Source: Blasia pusilla (taxonomy: Eukaryota). From it: a DNA stretch of 64,000 nucleotides. The notes below the pieces were generated by a model that was not told where the DNA came from, did not search any database, and saw only the letters and a list, made by a program, of their open reading frames with translations. A program made the position numbers and the translations under genes. Positions 19,900 to 32,612 of the stretch are shown here, one piece after another. Positions within the stretch are counted from its first letter, which is position 1. Every line of letters starts with the position of its first letter. The stretch covers positions 11,842,001 through 11,906,000 of the forward strand of contig CM114271.1 in NCBI GenBank assembly GCA_050084515.1, written 5' to 3'.

Positions 19900-22800
19900 C
19901 ATTGGATGCATCTTCGTCTCTCACAAAACATCTACGAGATCGGGCTTCTTTCTTCAATACCACTCTCCATCCACTTCCATCACCAACATCACCATAAAAA
20001 AGGTTCACAATCTTCTGGCTCCACATCTCTCAAATTGGCAAGGAGAAACCCTTCGTTGTCTCGCTTCATAGATGGTCTACGAGATGACCAATCTGCCCTA
20101 GTCCAATAGTCTCTCATAAGAACTACTGGCTCCCAAATAATCTAATAATCAAAAATTAAAATTTCAACCAAAACTCCCACATTAGAATAAGAGCACCTTG
20201 GGCGGGATGGATTGAAATCATCATTGCCCACAAACATGGCTCCAATGCCACTATCATATGTAGAGTAGGGTGTAGTTCCAACATTGTCTATCCTATAATG
20301 ATTACCATAAGCTCTCATGCTTTTGTACAATCGCACTTTGCTCATTGGGGATATAGAGAAGGCAAGAGCCTCTTGGTCAAGAGGTTGTTTTAGTCTATGA
20401 CATATGTGGATGATGGCTGGTCGTACCCAATCCAAAAATGAGATATTTTCTCAGGTGTTGTCTCTCTTCTTTTCCTGTTCGAATAACCTATAAAATATAA
20501 GCCTCTATCAATGTATGTGGATGAGGGTTGGACATGGACATTACAAGTTGGAAATGCAAGAAAGCTAGCCACTATGTGTTGAAGGGTTTGAGGCCTTACT
20601 TGTGCCACTTCACCATACATTCGGTATTATGCAAAATGTATTGATATGCCATGTCGATAGTAGATCGCGAAAGTCAAACTTAGACTCATGCACCCTCTAA
20701 TTATTCCCCCGAAACACCACCTTGCTTACCATCATCCCATACTCGAGTATGAATTGGCTCAAACCTTTTCATATATTCTGTCACAAATCCCATATCTTCA
20801 TCTAAAATGTAGGCCTCGGCCATACATGCTTATGGGTGGGCTTTTGACCTCACGTATTTCTTCATAACTCTCATATACCTTTCAAAAGGGTACATCCATC
20901 TACATGCTACTGGCCCACACATGTCTAAGTCCTCCAGTAGATGAATGACCAGATGGGTCATTACATTAGAAAAGGTTGGAGGAAAATGCATCTCAAGCAA
21001 ACACAAGGTGATAGCTAGGTCTTCATGAAGTTGGGGATCATTTGTACGGTCCCAAACTTGTTGTGAAAGATTCCTCATAATGCTACATTATCTTAGAACC
21101 GTGGTCCTCACATCTTTGCTCATGAGACCTCGAAGACAGAAAGGTAGAATTTGTTGGATAAATACATGGTAGTCATGAGACTTCATGTTTCCCAATCTTT
21201 TCTTCACCACAAGTTTTTTCAACTCACCACTATAGCCAGTTGGCACTTTCAAAGATTCAACCCTTCCCAAGAAAATGGACATTTCACCAGCGGTGAGAAC
21301 ATAGTTAGCTACAGGTTTGGCAATACTTCCACTTCTAGAAGGATGAGGTTTAAGCCATAAATGGGATCGAATTTGTCTTTTTTCCATATCTCGCCTGACT
21401 TTCACTGTATCATGTATCTCAAACAACTTTTTCACAATATTTTCAAAAATATTCTTCTCTACATGCATGAAGTCTAAGGTATGTTGAATCAATAAATGCT
21501 ATCGAATTAGATATAGTTAAGCAAAAATCTAGTGTACTTCGATATACCGAAAATAAAGCTTCCTTCTATAATGCAAAAACTTATAATCAAGTAGGATACT
21601 TCCCAATAGGGCAATGAAAATAGGATTCCTCTACGCTTAACTATGGTTTTCTTGTAAGGGTCATCAGGACCGTCTTCTCTACCCCCTCTCTCATGGTATT
21701 TTTGTTTATCCTCTGCCCATTGAATATGCTCCATTGCTGTAATCCTTCTGGGAGGTGGCCTAGACTCTCCTTTCCCATTGAAAAGTGATCCATACTTCCT
21801 TCCTCGCCAATGATGGTTTTGTTTGAGATAACGATGATGACCAAGAAATATTGGTTTGCCACATTCTTGAGAGAAGTCAGAATCTACTTAAGGCCCACAC
21901 ACTATGCACGCTAGCTTTCCACCATGGCTTTGTCCTGAGATCAATCCATATGCACGGTAGTCATTGATGGTCCACAAAATCAAGACTTTGAAGGTGAATT
22001 TCACATGTCCATCCAATTTCCTCACATCATGGAAATCAACAGCTTCCCACAACTTTGCAAACTCCTCTACCAAGGGAGCCAAGAAAGTGTCAATGTTCTC
22101 GCTATTGACACTCTCTTTTCCACGGATGATCAAAGCCAACTAGATACAAAACTTTTTTTTTTGCAGCCAAGGAGGTAAATTGTAATTCACTAATAACACT
22201 GGCCAAGTTGATCATGAACTCGCCTTCTCCGAGAATGGATTCACCCCATCTAATGCTAATTCAAATCTACAATTTCTCTTCTCACTCCTAAAATCAGGAT
22301 ATATATGGTCTACATACCCTAGAGTCTGTTGTATGTCAAACTAAACCATCTCTGATTTGGTTAAGAGGACCCCAACACATCTACTCCGACAAGATGTCGG
22401 ATTTGAACATGCGTCGCAATCTAGGAATGATGGGTAAATGACAAAGAACTTTGCAAGGTACTAATGACTTTCCAACTTGTCTAAATCTTTCTGCATAGCA
22501 CTTTGGACATTGATTAAGAGCATGGTAGTCCCCTCGGAATAATACGCAACCACATGGATAAGCATGGATGGTATCGTAACTCAACCCCAACTTCACCATG
22601 AGTCTCTTAGCTACATGATGACTTTGCGGCACATTGTTTTTGAGTGGCAAGACATGCTTCCTAAGCAACTTCAAAAGTTAATCTATAGCTATGTTGCGTA
22701 AATTATGTGCTCTTGCAATATTAAATAGGTGCATAACAAATGCCAACATTGATACTCTAGCACCAGAATAAAGAGGCTTACATGCATCAGCATATCGTCA

Positions 22801-23351
22801 TCTACATTTTTAGGGTCTTCATCCATGTCAACCTGATCATTGTTCCCGTCTATTTCCCCACTATTCGATCTGCCTTCTTCGTCATGAAGATCATCGCATT
22901 GGGAAAAAACTTCATTCAACATTTTGTGCACATCAACTTGGTTATCTACGCCTTCTTGGTTTGCTAGAGGTTGAGATTTGGTGAGATTTGTTGGCCCATC
23001 ATAGGTCTGCATATTCACAGGTTTAGCAAAATTCATGACAATGGCTTCATGTACTATCCTCTCATGCTCATCTTGTTTCAACCACTTATCATCAGATGAG
23101 TCCCATTCTTCTCTACCTTTCCATATCCTACATAGAGAGAAACATTGGTTTTTTTGTAAATATTCCTCCACTTTGGGCAAGGAAATACTTTTTTGTCCTT
23201 TGCATACACTACAAGGACACCTAACTTGCTTTACACCATCCCTTCTAGCACGAGCTTGCTCTCGGCGCCAAAGTTTGAAGTCATGTCATGAAATTCTATC
23301 CGGATGATTAAGTGGTTGTCTACCCTTGCTGGCGCTCAGCGATTGGCTCAT
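19900..23351 (-). pseudogene. CACTA-2 TnpD-like transposase, decayed
   Basis: TIHAYPCGCVLF..CPKC, GQSHGGKLAC, HTLDFMHVEKN, MKSHDYH, LEMHFPPTF, WMYPFERYM and MRAYGNHYR, colinear with the CACTA-1 transposase. Confidence 0.9.
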
Positions 23352-24783
23352 GGTGATTTTGGCTAGTCAGTAGGGGATGCAGAGTTCCTAATGAACCACA
23401 AAATAGAAAAGAAAATGATGATTCGCTCTATTGATCATATGGAATTTTATGGTTTCAATGACTTAAACATTCATCAATTTCGGATTTCGATAGAATTATA
23501 AAAGAATGAAAGTACCTGTATATTTTTCAGAGACTATAAGCTCCACTTGTCAATTGCAATTGCACAAGATACATACATTATCCAATCAATTTCAATGATT
23601 GTTATGTCTGGTATCTACAAACATGAAATGAGTCTACTCCTTATACAATGTATTTTTTAAAAACAAACTTATTTCTTAGGAGACCAATCCTTAAGGTTTC
23701 TGTACAACCACTCGTCCTCCGATTTTATATGCTTTGTATAGGCTGCTCATACTTTTTCCCAACTACAATCCTAGCAATAAGCTAATGCTCTAGCCTCTTC
23801 AAGCCATCTTTGTTCCTCCTCTAGAGCAGCAATAGCCTCATGAATGTAATGTTGCGGAGACTCTTCTTCTTGCTTCCTCAAATTTTCTTCAAATTTCACG
23901 ATTTTCTCTAACTCAATCTCCTCCTCTTCTAGAGCCAATCGAATTGTAGACTTTTGAGGCTGATCACTCAAAGTCTTTCCATTTACACTCTTTTCCATAT
24001 GTCTTCATCCTCCTGTCTGAACATGAAACGTGGTTATCACCTTACCATCAAAATCAACTAACACCAGCAACCCTATGAGGGGCCCATCGCTACTTGTGAA
24101 ACCCATAACCAAAGCAGTGCTAGCTATAGCAGAACAACATGGGAGAAGCAATGAAAACAAGAAGAATACCAAGATGGGAACTCAACTAAACTTTTGCACC
24201 TTGACACATTTTGGGGATGAAACCTATGGTCACTACTAAGGCTCTTGCACAAAATTTATAACACAAAGAGCAAGAAAGCAAGAGCATATGCTGATATTGC
24301 TAAGTAGGTGACACCATAATTGATAGTGTGAGCACTCACACTCTGTCATGCACTACCATGTGAGTACAGTCTCATTCTCTCTCTATATGTAGGGCCTGAA
24401 CTATGGGAGCAAGATGAGAAACTATTAGTGGATACCAAAACCAAAGCAGTGAGCAAGTTGAACAACATGGAAGAATCCATGAAACTACTTGGTCTACTTT
24501 GCACAAAATTCATGATACAGAGAGCAAGCTCTCTTTTGCGACATATAGACATGATCAATAAATTCTGCAATGGCAATCATCAAAAATTTGAGAATGCAGG
24601 ATGTATATTCTTCAACATAGCTTAGAAACAAGGCTACACTTTAGCGTACATGTGAACTTGCCTTCTTTACCTTCTTCACCTGCAAAACACATCCAATGTG
24701 TTTAAATACTTGTTGCTTTAGATCAAGCTAAACTTCACAGAGTTTCTAAATAGACACAAGAAGATCTTTTGGTATCTGATACA

Positions 24784-25258
24784 TGTCGTGCGAATCCACA
24801 TCGTCATACAACATACATTGCTGACATACCATAATCACATACATGCATAACATAGACGAGAGCATCCACAAACACAAATGTACCACAACTCAAAATCCGT
24901 GAAAGACCTACTGTCATAAAATACGTATAGAATCACATACAATCAAGCCAAACCCTCTCCACGATGGGAGAATCCAGGTCAAAGCTTGCGGGAACCACCA
25001 TAGCCAAGAGCTCTACTCACTACCAAGGCTAACTCCCAACGCAACAAGCTCAACTCAAAGAACTAATTGTTCTTTGAGTGTACTCCACACTACATCCTCC
25101 AACCTAAGAGCGGGCCCTACTCGAAAAGTCATCCTCAACGGAGTAACCCCCAACCCTATGTATGAAACCGCATCTCTACCTAGACACTACGGCCCTAAAT
25201 AAGGTATGGCCTCTACTAGCACACTATACTCTACGACACAATCCGTATGGTCATGACA
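24784..25258 (-). mobile_element. Solo-LTR-like insert of a related family
   Basis: TGTCG...TGACA termini with TACA/GACA flanks. The first ~50 bp match the reverse complement of the 3' end of 11982-12626. Confidence 0.65.
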
Positions 25259-25989
25259 GACACAAAGTAAGAGTCTTACTTTATGTATCAGGAAAAAAAG
25301 TATTTGCTTGAGTACAACCAATAGTCAATACTGCTATTAATTAAGACCAGAATAGTTTGCCACACTCCCTACCCTGCCAACCCTTATTTGGAGACTATAT
25401 ACCCTAAATCCTTCCAGAAATCTGTTGCATTCAAAGCATATCAGCAAGTCACATTACCTCAACATAGATTCTATACTTCTTATCAAACATAATGCTATCT
25501 GAGATGATACTTCTCAGAGCTACTCAATGTTAATTAGTCTACAATAGGTTCTGGTTTCTTGAGTACGTATAGCCGATCTAAAATGTAGTCAGAATTGAGG
25601 AAAATAGTGCTTCTACGTTGAGTGTGGATGATGTTGCATTGAGAAGTAAACAAGAGATCTGAAGTGTTTATAGATGGGAAACATTTATAGTTCTTCAGTC
25701 TAGCATTAACCGCGTAACATCCATTCTGGATCAACTGATAGCTGTTGGGACTAACACCAATGCAGAAGAGAATGTGTTAGATCTAATGCATAGCATGCCT
25801 CAAAGTCATAAAGGATTTTTTTTTATTTCTATTCAGGTTCAAACCCAATTTGACAAATGATAACTCTCATTCCTCAAGTTTTGCAAGAGGAAACTCATAT
25901 GAAAAATATGGATGGGGGTGCAAATTCATCAAAAACACTCTATACTAGGGGGAAGCAAAGATTCAATCAAGGCAGAGGAAACTAGAAGA

Positions 25990-27815
25990 AGATTTGTATC
26001 ACATCAATGCCCTATTTCTATTGTAAGCAGTTAGGACACATGTTCAAGAACTGCCCTAAAAGACTGCAGAAACTAGAGTAGAGTAATATTGTTGAGTCTC
26101 AACTCTACGCAACAGCAATGACTACCTAAAATACTCTAGATACAGCTTTGTATGTGGATAAAGGAGCTACTTAGCATATGGCTCACTACCTCCGCACACG
26201 TTTCAAGCCAAAAATGCAGATCAACAATTACTGGTGTACTTGGGAGATGACACATCCCAGCCTATTCAAGGAATATGGTCTGTGTGCATCAAGCTTCTGA
26301 ATGGAGTACAAACTGTTATCCCGGATGTGCTGTTTGTCTCTAGTCTGAAGAAGAATCTGTTTTCAGTGGATCACTTTGATCAAACAGAGAACATGTCATA
26401 ATTAAGAATTGTCGCTGTACCTTGAAATACAAAGTTGGGGTAACAAAAGTAGAAAAGTAGATGCAAAATCAGAAGAAGGTACTCTTCTTAGTTACGACAA
26501 GCAAAGATAAGCATACAGGTTGCAGAAGAAATTCAACAAGATTATCATTATCTGTAGGGATGTAAGATTTATAAAGGGGAACATGGCATATGCTTGTCTA
26601 TGTGAAGAGAAGGACAAAGATACCTTGTTTGAGTTCGTGAAGGCTTAGGGAACAAGTTTAGTGGGATCCTTACCAACTCCAACATGGACTACCACTAGAG
26701 GAGTACATCTACAATCACCAAGTATGATCACTCCAAGCACTAGTACAATTGCTAATGTGATTCCAAAATATAACACGCTTATTGATGCTGCACTAGAACA
26801 AGTTCAGATGGAGCCACGGATTGTTCACAAAGAGTCCAACAACAGAATTCCAACAGAAGCAAGACTTGGACCAAGAAGATTGAATCTGAAAGGGTTTCAA
26901 GGTAAGTGCTGAATATGATCTAGCACATCAAGAATTGCAGGCAAGGAATGTAGAGAAGGAGAAGTTGACTCGTGTGTTATTGAGTCAATTAGAGAAGAAT
27001 GTCCATATTGAAGAACCCAAGACCTATGAAGACCCTCTTTGTGCAACAAGTAGTTCATTGGAGGGATGCAGTGGAGGAAGAGTTTAAATCCATGAAGTTG
27101 AATTGTTAAAACATGATCATTCACCTCACTCCCACCAAGTAGAAAGACCTTGGGATGTAAATGGGTTTTCAAAATCAAGTACAAGGCATATGGGAGCATT
27201 GAAAGGTACAAAGCCAAATTAGGTTCAATAGCCTACTCACACATTTATGGTGTGGACTACACCAAGCCATCCTCCCCTACAGTGAACACAACTTCAATTT
27301 GAGCTATGCTTGCTCTGGCAACACAATTTTATCTTGAAGCACATTAGATGGATGTAAAGACAACATTTCTGAATGGTAAATACTTGAAGAGGAAGATACA
27401 TGGAGACGCCTAAGGGGGCATCAGATCCTACTTGCCAAGATCAAGTATGTAGACTATACAAGTCCATTTATTGACTCAAGTATTTGCCAAGACTGTCATC
27501 AAATGATGGATAGTTTTTGGATCAAAGTAGGATTTTGAAGATCTGATAATGTCACAAATGTATACATTCTGAACAAGCAGGAAACGTTTGCTCAATTGGC
27601 ATGATGTACAGATGATGCTAGACTGATTAGCAATTGTACACCATTGCTAAATCTGTTCAAGACTTGATGAAGAAGGAGTTGAAAATGATAGATCAAGGAG
27701 AAATCCTTCGTTTCTTTTAGATGGAAGCAACAGAAGGAAGGATGGATGGATTAGACTATCTTGTAATGGGTATGTAAATAATGTACTTGCACAAGTTAAA
27801 ATGTGTGATTACAAC
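25990..27815 (+). mobile_element. Ty1/Copia retrotransposon remnant, internally deleted
   Basis: Degenerate zinc knuckle (FYCKQLGHMFKNCP), protease YVDKGAT*HM, LKKNLFSV, the integrase tail (DAKSEEG...RDVRF), and RT motifs EEPKTY, LGCKWVFKIK, IERYKAKL and MDVKTTFLNG. Confidence 0.85.
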
Positions 27816-27816
27816 A

Positions 27817-28450
27817 TTGCAATTGCAGGACTTCCAAAAATACTTGGTTCCCAATCTCCCGTGGAATTTTCAAACTCGGCTGATTGTTATGAAGTGATAG
27901 AGAAGTCAGCTTGTGGTAGTCGAGGAGTTCTCCTGAAATCGGTTCAATAAGGGACTTATTATTCAGTGCTAATGTCTATAGAGCAGTCAACCTTCTCAAT
28001 TTGGTGGAAATTTCCTAATTTAGGTCCCGTAAGCTTGTTCCCGGAAAGGTTGAGTCCCTCCAATTTTACAAGTCCTACAAAAGAAGAAGGCCAAAACTCT
28101 CCATTGAACTGATTCTTCGACGCTTTCATTGAAATTATGTTTGATAGATTACCAAATAACTCCAAAATATTTTGGTGAAAATTATTCTTGTCCAGAGATA
28201 AATTGTGAAGTCGTAAAGATAGAATCCAAAATGCTTCTCAACTTATTCCTACTCAGATTGAAAATTTTCAGTTATTTCAACTTAAAGAGAGACGAAGGAA
28301 TAGAGCCTTTCAAATCATAGTATGAGAAGTCCACATTCTTCAAGCTACTAGAGTTTCCTATCTCATCAGGGATCGTTCCCACCAAACCTGTCACACCAGA
28401 TAGATTCAGAAATCGTAGATTTCTGATCTAGTCAAATGCAACAAGCTACA
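27817..28450 (-). pseudogene. Plant extracellular LRR (RLK/RLP-type) gene fragment
   Basis: Reads LNLSGVTGLVGTIPDEIGNSSSLKNVDFS...LKGSIPSSLFKL, LEGLNLSGNKLTGP and LSLHNNQ..KIPREIGN, with stops and frameshifts. Confidence 0.8.
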
Positions 28451-28548
28451 ACAGATAAATCTAAGCAGGAATGAGATTGGAGGTGAGCTTTCGAGGGGGT
28501 TGAGTACGCTCGCCATTCTTAGGCGTCTCCATTTGTCATAGAAAAAGC

Positions 28549-28721
<173 letters not shown>

Positions 28722-29436
28722 CATGCAAGCTCTCATTCGCCAAAACAACTTCCGCAAGAACATGTACGACCAAATTCCTTTCCACGCAAGACTATGAAGA
28801 ATGTTGGGTGTGAGCAAGAACGAAGAATGTTGGATGTGAGGAGGAGCGGGATATTAGCCTTAGTGTATTGCAAAGCAAATGCTAGGTAGGTTGGGTGGGA
28901 TGGAGAGAAAGTGAGATGTGTCCGACTTTCAAGCAACTATATCGAAGGCAATTAGAGAACCAGAGGGTGTGTGCAATGCCTGAACAATTTCTTCATAAGT
29001 TTCGTTGTTAATTTCCACAGATGTGATTACCTCCTCGACATCTCCTAAAATTGTATTCAAGTGCTGGTCGTACGCCTGCCGATTACAGTCCGTTATCATT
29101 AGAACGATATCTCCTCACTATCCTCTCCCACAGTTTGGGAGCCTCGATATCATCACAACCCTCCTTCCCGACCCTTAGAGAAATCTTGGGCTCTTAGCGC
29201 GAAACCACAAATCCTACCGGCCACATCATCATGCCTTATAATCCAAATGGGAGCATTTCTTTTAACTCCCACTTATTTGAAAACCTTGACTAGATAACAA
29301 TGACTTAGTGTGCCCTCAATGACTAAACAAATGACTCTATATGAAGCAAAAGGATTAATAATGACTCCAAGAGTCATTGTTATGATTTTTGAGTCATTAG
29401 GTATTGAGTCATAAAATGGGGTATTTCCTTCTAGTG

Positions 29437-32400
29437 TGAGGTGTTCAAAAGAAGCACCCCCTCCCGTGTCTGCAGGTTCTGGTTGGAGATGTCGGTGGGA
29501 GAACTCAAAGTAATCGTCCATGGGTGCCCCCTCTAAATGCTGGAACATTTCGTTCCATGCTATAAACGGGTTGAACTCTCTGGAGTTCCTAGCCCGTTGT
29601 GAGTCACACCAACTCCTAAACTATATAATAAAGTTGTGCAACTCTATCGTGCCTATAGCACCCAAAAACCTACGCGGTCCTCTACCCCGGTTGTCCATCT
29701 CGTACTCCCAATCGATAGGACCACTAACTATGTGCGATGATGCACTAACAAACTCCTCTATGCTCTCCCCCTTGTCTGAAGAAAACACAAAAGGAGGTTG
29801 AGGCAGTCCCTCATGTGGAGACCCTCAAAACCTCGTGCCACTCCATGTAAACCCTCTGAAGCTACTCTAAAGTCCACCACCGTGCCTCTCAAAGTCCCGA
29901 AAGGACGCTTTGATGACCCCCGTGCCCCTCTCATGTAATCACTCTCAATCTTGCAAGTAATCACTCAATCACTCAACCCAAATATGCGGCACTCAATCTA
30001 CACTCTCTCTCATTAAGCCGTGTACTGTGTGGCAACAAGTTGCGTGGTACGGCAAATCAGATGATCTATCGTCTCATGAATAACACATACCCTCAACTCT
30101 AGACATCCCATACATGTCTATGTCCCCTAAACCCATACATCAATGATGCTCTTAGCATCTGCACAAAACCCAATATCCCAAATAACTGCCCAATGCCTGC
30201 AATTCCCTAACACGTGGAGGGCAAAAGACCATAATGAATAACCTGAACAAATGTCGATCGCTCCTCAACAACTACAAACCTCGAACCCAACTCGGTTGTA
30301 AAGAAAAAACTCCTCAAAATAGCATGTCGTACTCCCCTGGTATTGACGATGCTCAGATCTCCTCGATGTGCGGTGTGGGTCCAACGGTACAGTGCGGCAC
30401 TGGCAGCACGGAACGGCTACAAACGACATGGCACTCCGAAATGGGGTGCAGTACTCAGCGGCATATCCTCCTCCATAGCAAAATACGCTCTACTCCCAAT
30501 AATGGTGCGGCTCCGCGACCGAGACAGTGTGGTGCGGCCACAAGCGACAAGACGTGGCAATCGGCGGCACGTTGTGATTACGGGCGTCACAACACGATAT
30601 TCAATCGTCGTCGAGCTGCTACTAATCATGACATAGCAACACGAAAAGAAAACTCGGACCCCATCAATCCAAAAAGGTCACATGTCATAGTTGAGCGGCC
30701 TGTCTTCAATCGGTCAGTGTGTCGGTGGCTGCCAAAAAATCAGAATCAACGGTATTGGATGGTGGCCTCCACGATCGGGACCGCACGATAGTGGACGCAA
30801 CGGCAAGGAAGGCGCAAGGGCGGCAAGTCTGTTCAGAAGCACGGAAACACAGTCGGACGTGCGGAATAGGCAGGAGACCACCACGAATTGCGGAGCTGGC
30901 ACAAACAACGGACAGGGTCAAAGGCAACACGTTGGTGTTGAGGGTCGCGCCTACCCTACAATGGAGGGCATCGGCAGCTAAGGTTGGTGACGCACTAACA
31001 AAATTGAGCGAGGGCGCGAGAAATCCGGAAGCGGCGGAACTACGGCAGCCATAGTAGAACTCGCAGCAAGTCGAAGCCGATGAAGGGCTATGGAGGGCCG
31101 GTGCGAGGAACAAGGCCGGAAATACTAGCTCAGAGCAAGAATGTTGGGCCCGTGTTTAGCTTGAAACACCCGAGCCAGGATAGAACGGGGACATTTGGCG
31201 TGAGCAGCAAGCCGCGACTCCATAGAAGGCGCATAGGGTATAGGCTTGGGTACCTACTCAGACGTAGGTACCCAAGCCGGTCAGCATGCACATGCGGCTG
31301 CATGGCGGAAAACAACCCGACAATAGCGCGACAGACGGACAGCGTGCCCCTTCCCCATAATTTTCCTATTTTTACTCAAATATCCCCCTAACTATCCGGG
31401 TCTCCACTCACACATTTTCCCACTAACTCCACAATTGGTGGGTCAATTCCCCCAAGATTTTTTTTCACTCAACCTCCCTTCAAATAAAGCTTTTTCACAT
31501 GCTAGTCCTCTAGAAATAAATATCCTTTTACTTTTCTATCCCAAGTGTGGAGTTACCCTCAAGAATTTTTTGAAATTTCACTCACATATTGGAATGGTGG
31601 CTATGGCAACCCAACAAAAATTGTTGTAACTCCACGCTGAGATGATGAAATTGCACAAAATTTCTTCCATAGCGTACACAGCTTCTTGATCTACGAGAAA
31701 GTCAACAAATTTTCTTCATTCAACCTTCCAAGAAAAACTGACAAGGATTGTCATGCAACTCCCAATCTCTTTCTCCTACGCAAATTTTGGCACCGCTTCC
31801 GCGTTGATTTCTACCAAAAAAATTGAAAAATTATAAAAAAAACAACCAAAAAGCTATAAGGTACTCCCGAGTGCACTGGTATGGGGCAACTTGCCCCCAT
31901 ACTCAATCTCTAAAGAAATTTGGGAAGTGCTTCTGCGCGCCACTCTTCCATACGAAAAATCGGCAAAGGAAATAATCCCAACAAGCGCTCTTGCTCCGGT
32001 GAGCACTCCAATGAACCGCTAAACGGGGAATGTGGTCCCCATCAACGAGTGACCAGCAAGCTCCCCCATTGAAACTCTCTTACTCGCTCACTCATTCTCT
32101 CTTTGTAAATCAATGATATCTCTCTCAACATCTCACACCAAGCTCTCCATGGTGTGCACTCTCTCTCATGTCAAACTGAACCCACTCTCCTAATGAGAGG
32201 CTTGGGTTACATACACAAAGGAAGGAAGACCATAGCTCCGTTATCTCATGCCAAGAGGTTCAACAAAGAGAGAATGAGCTCTCAAGCTCTCTCTCTTGGA
32301 GGTTACCCCCTTCCCTCTCCCAAGCCCTCTCCACGGTAACCTATGCTCGCACGTCACCTCCTTGGTTCTTGACCTGCTATAGCGGATCAAGGGCCAATTC

Positions 32401-32612
32401 CCAAAGTGGAAAGTCAACTATGCCATAATGGTAATTTACTTGAAATAGTAAGTTCCTCAATATGGCTCCAAATGAGCCAAAACGTAGGGGAAATCTGCTC
32501 TCACAAGTTACCCGTGGCCTCAACAGGTCATCCTCGACCTCCTGAGGTTTTCCTCTAGCATCTCCAAAGGCGCTCTATTAGATCTCGCCGATCTATCCTA
32601 AAAGACATGACA
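29437..32612 (-). mobile_element. 5' part of a Ty3/Gypsy element (Gypsy-A): terminal repeat, long leader and gag start
   Basis: The terminus TGACA at 32608-32612 begins ~510 bp matching the solo repeats. The gag fragment at ~29437-29710 (FLGAIGTIELHNFI*FRSWCD...FNPFIAWNEMFQHLEGAPMDDYFEF) is homologous to gag at 57515-57720. It is truncated by the CACTA-2 TIR. Confidence 0.8.

Noticed and set aside
25743-27816. TGTTG...CAACA as the Copia termini
   Set aside because: There is no matching TSD and no pair of direct repeats.
30234-31391. Overlapping ORFs in a GC-rich stretch (also 56222-57184)
   Set aside because: They lie in Gypsy leader regions, have no recognisable motifs, and open frames are expected at this GC content.
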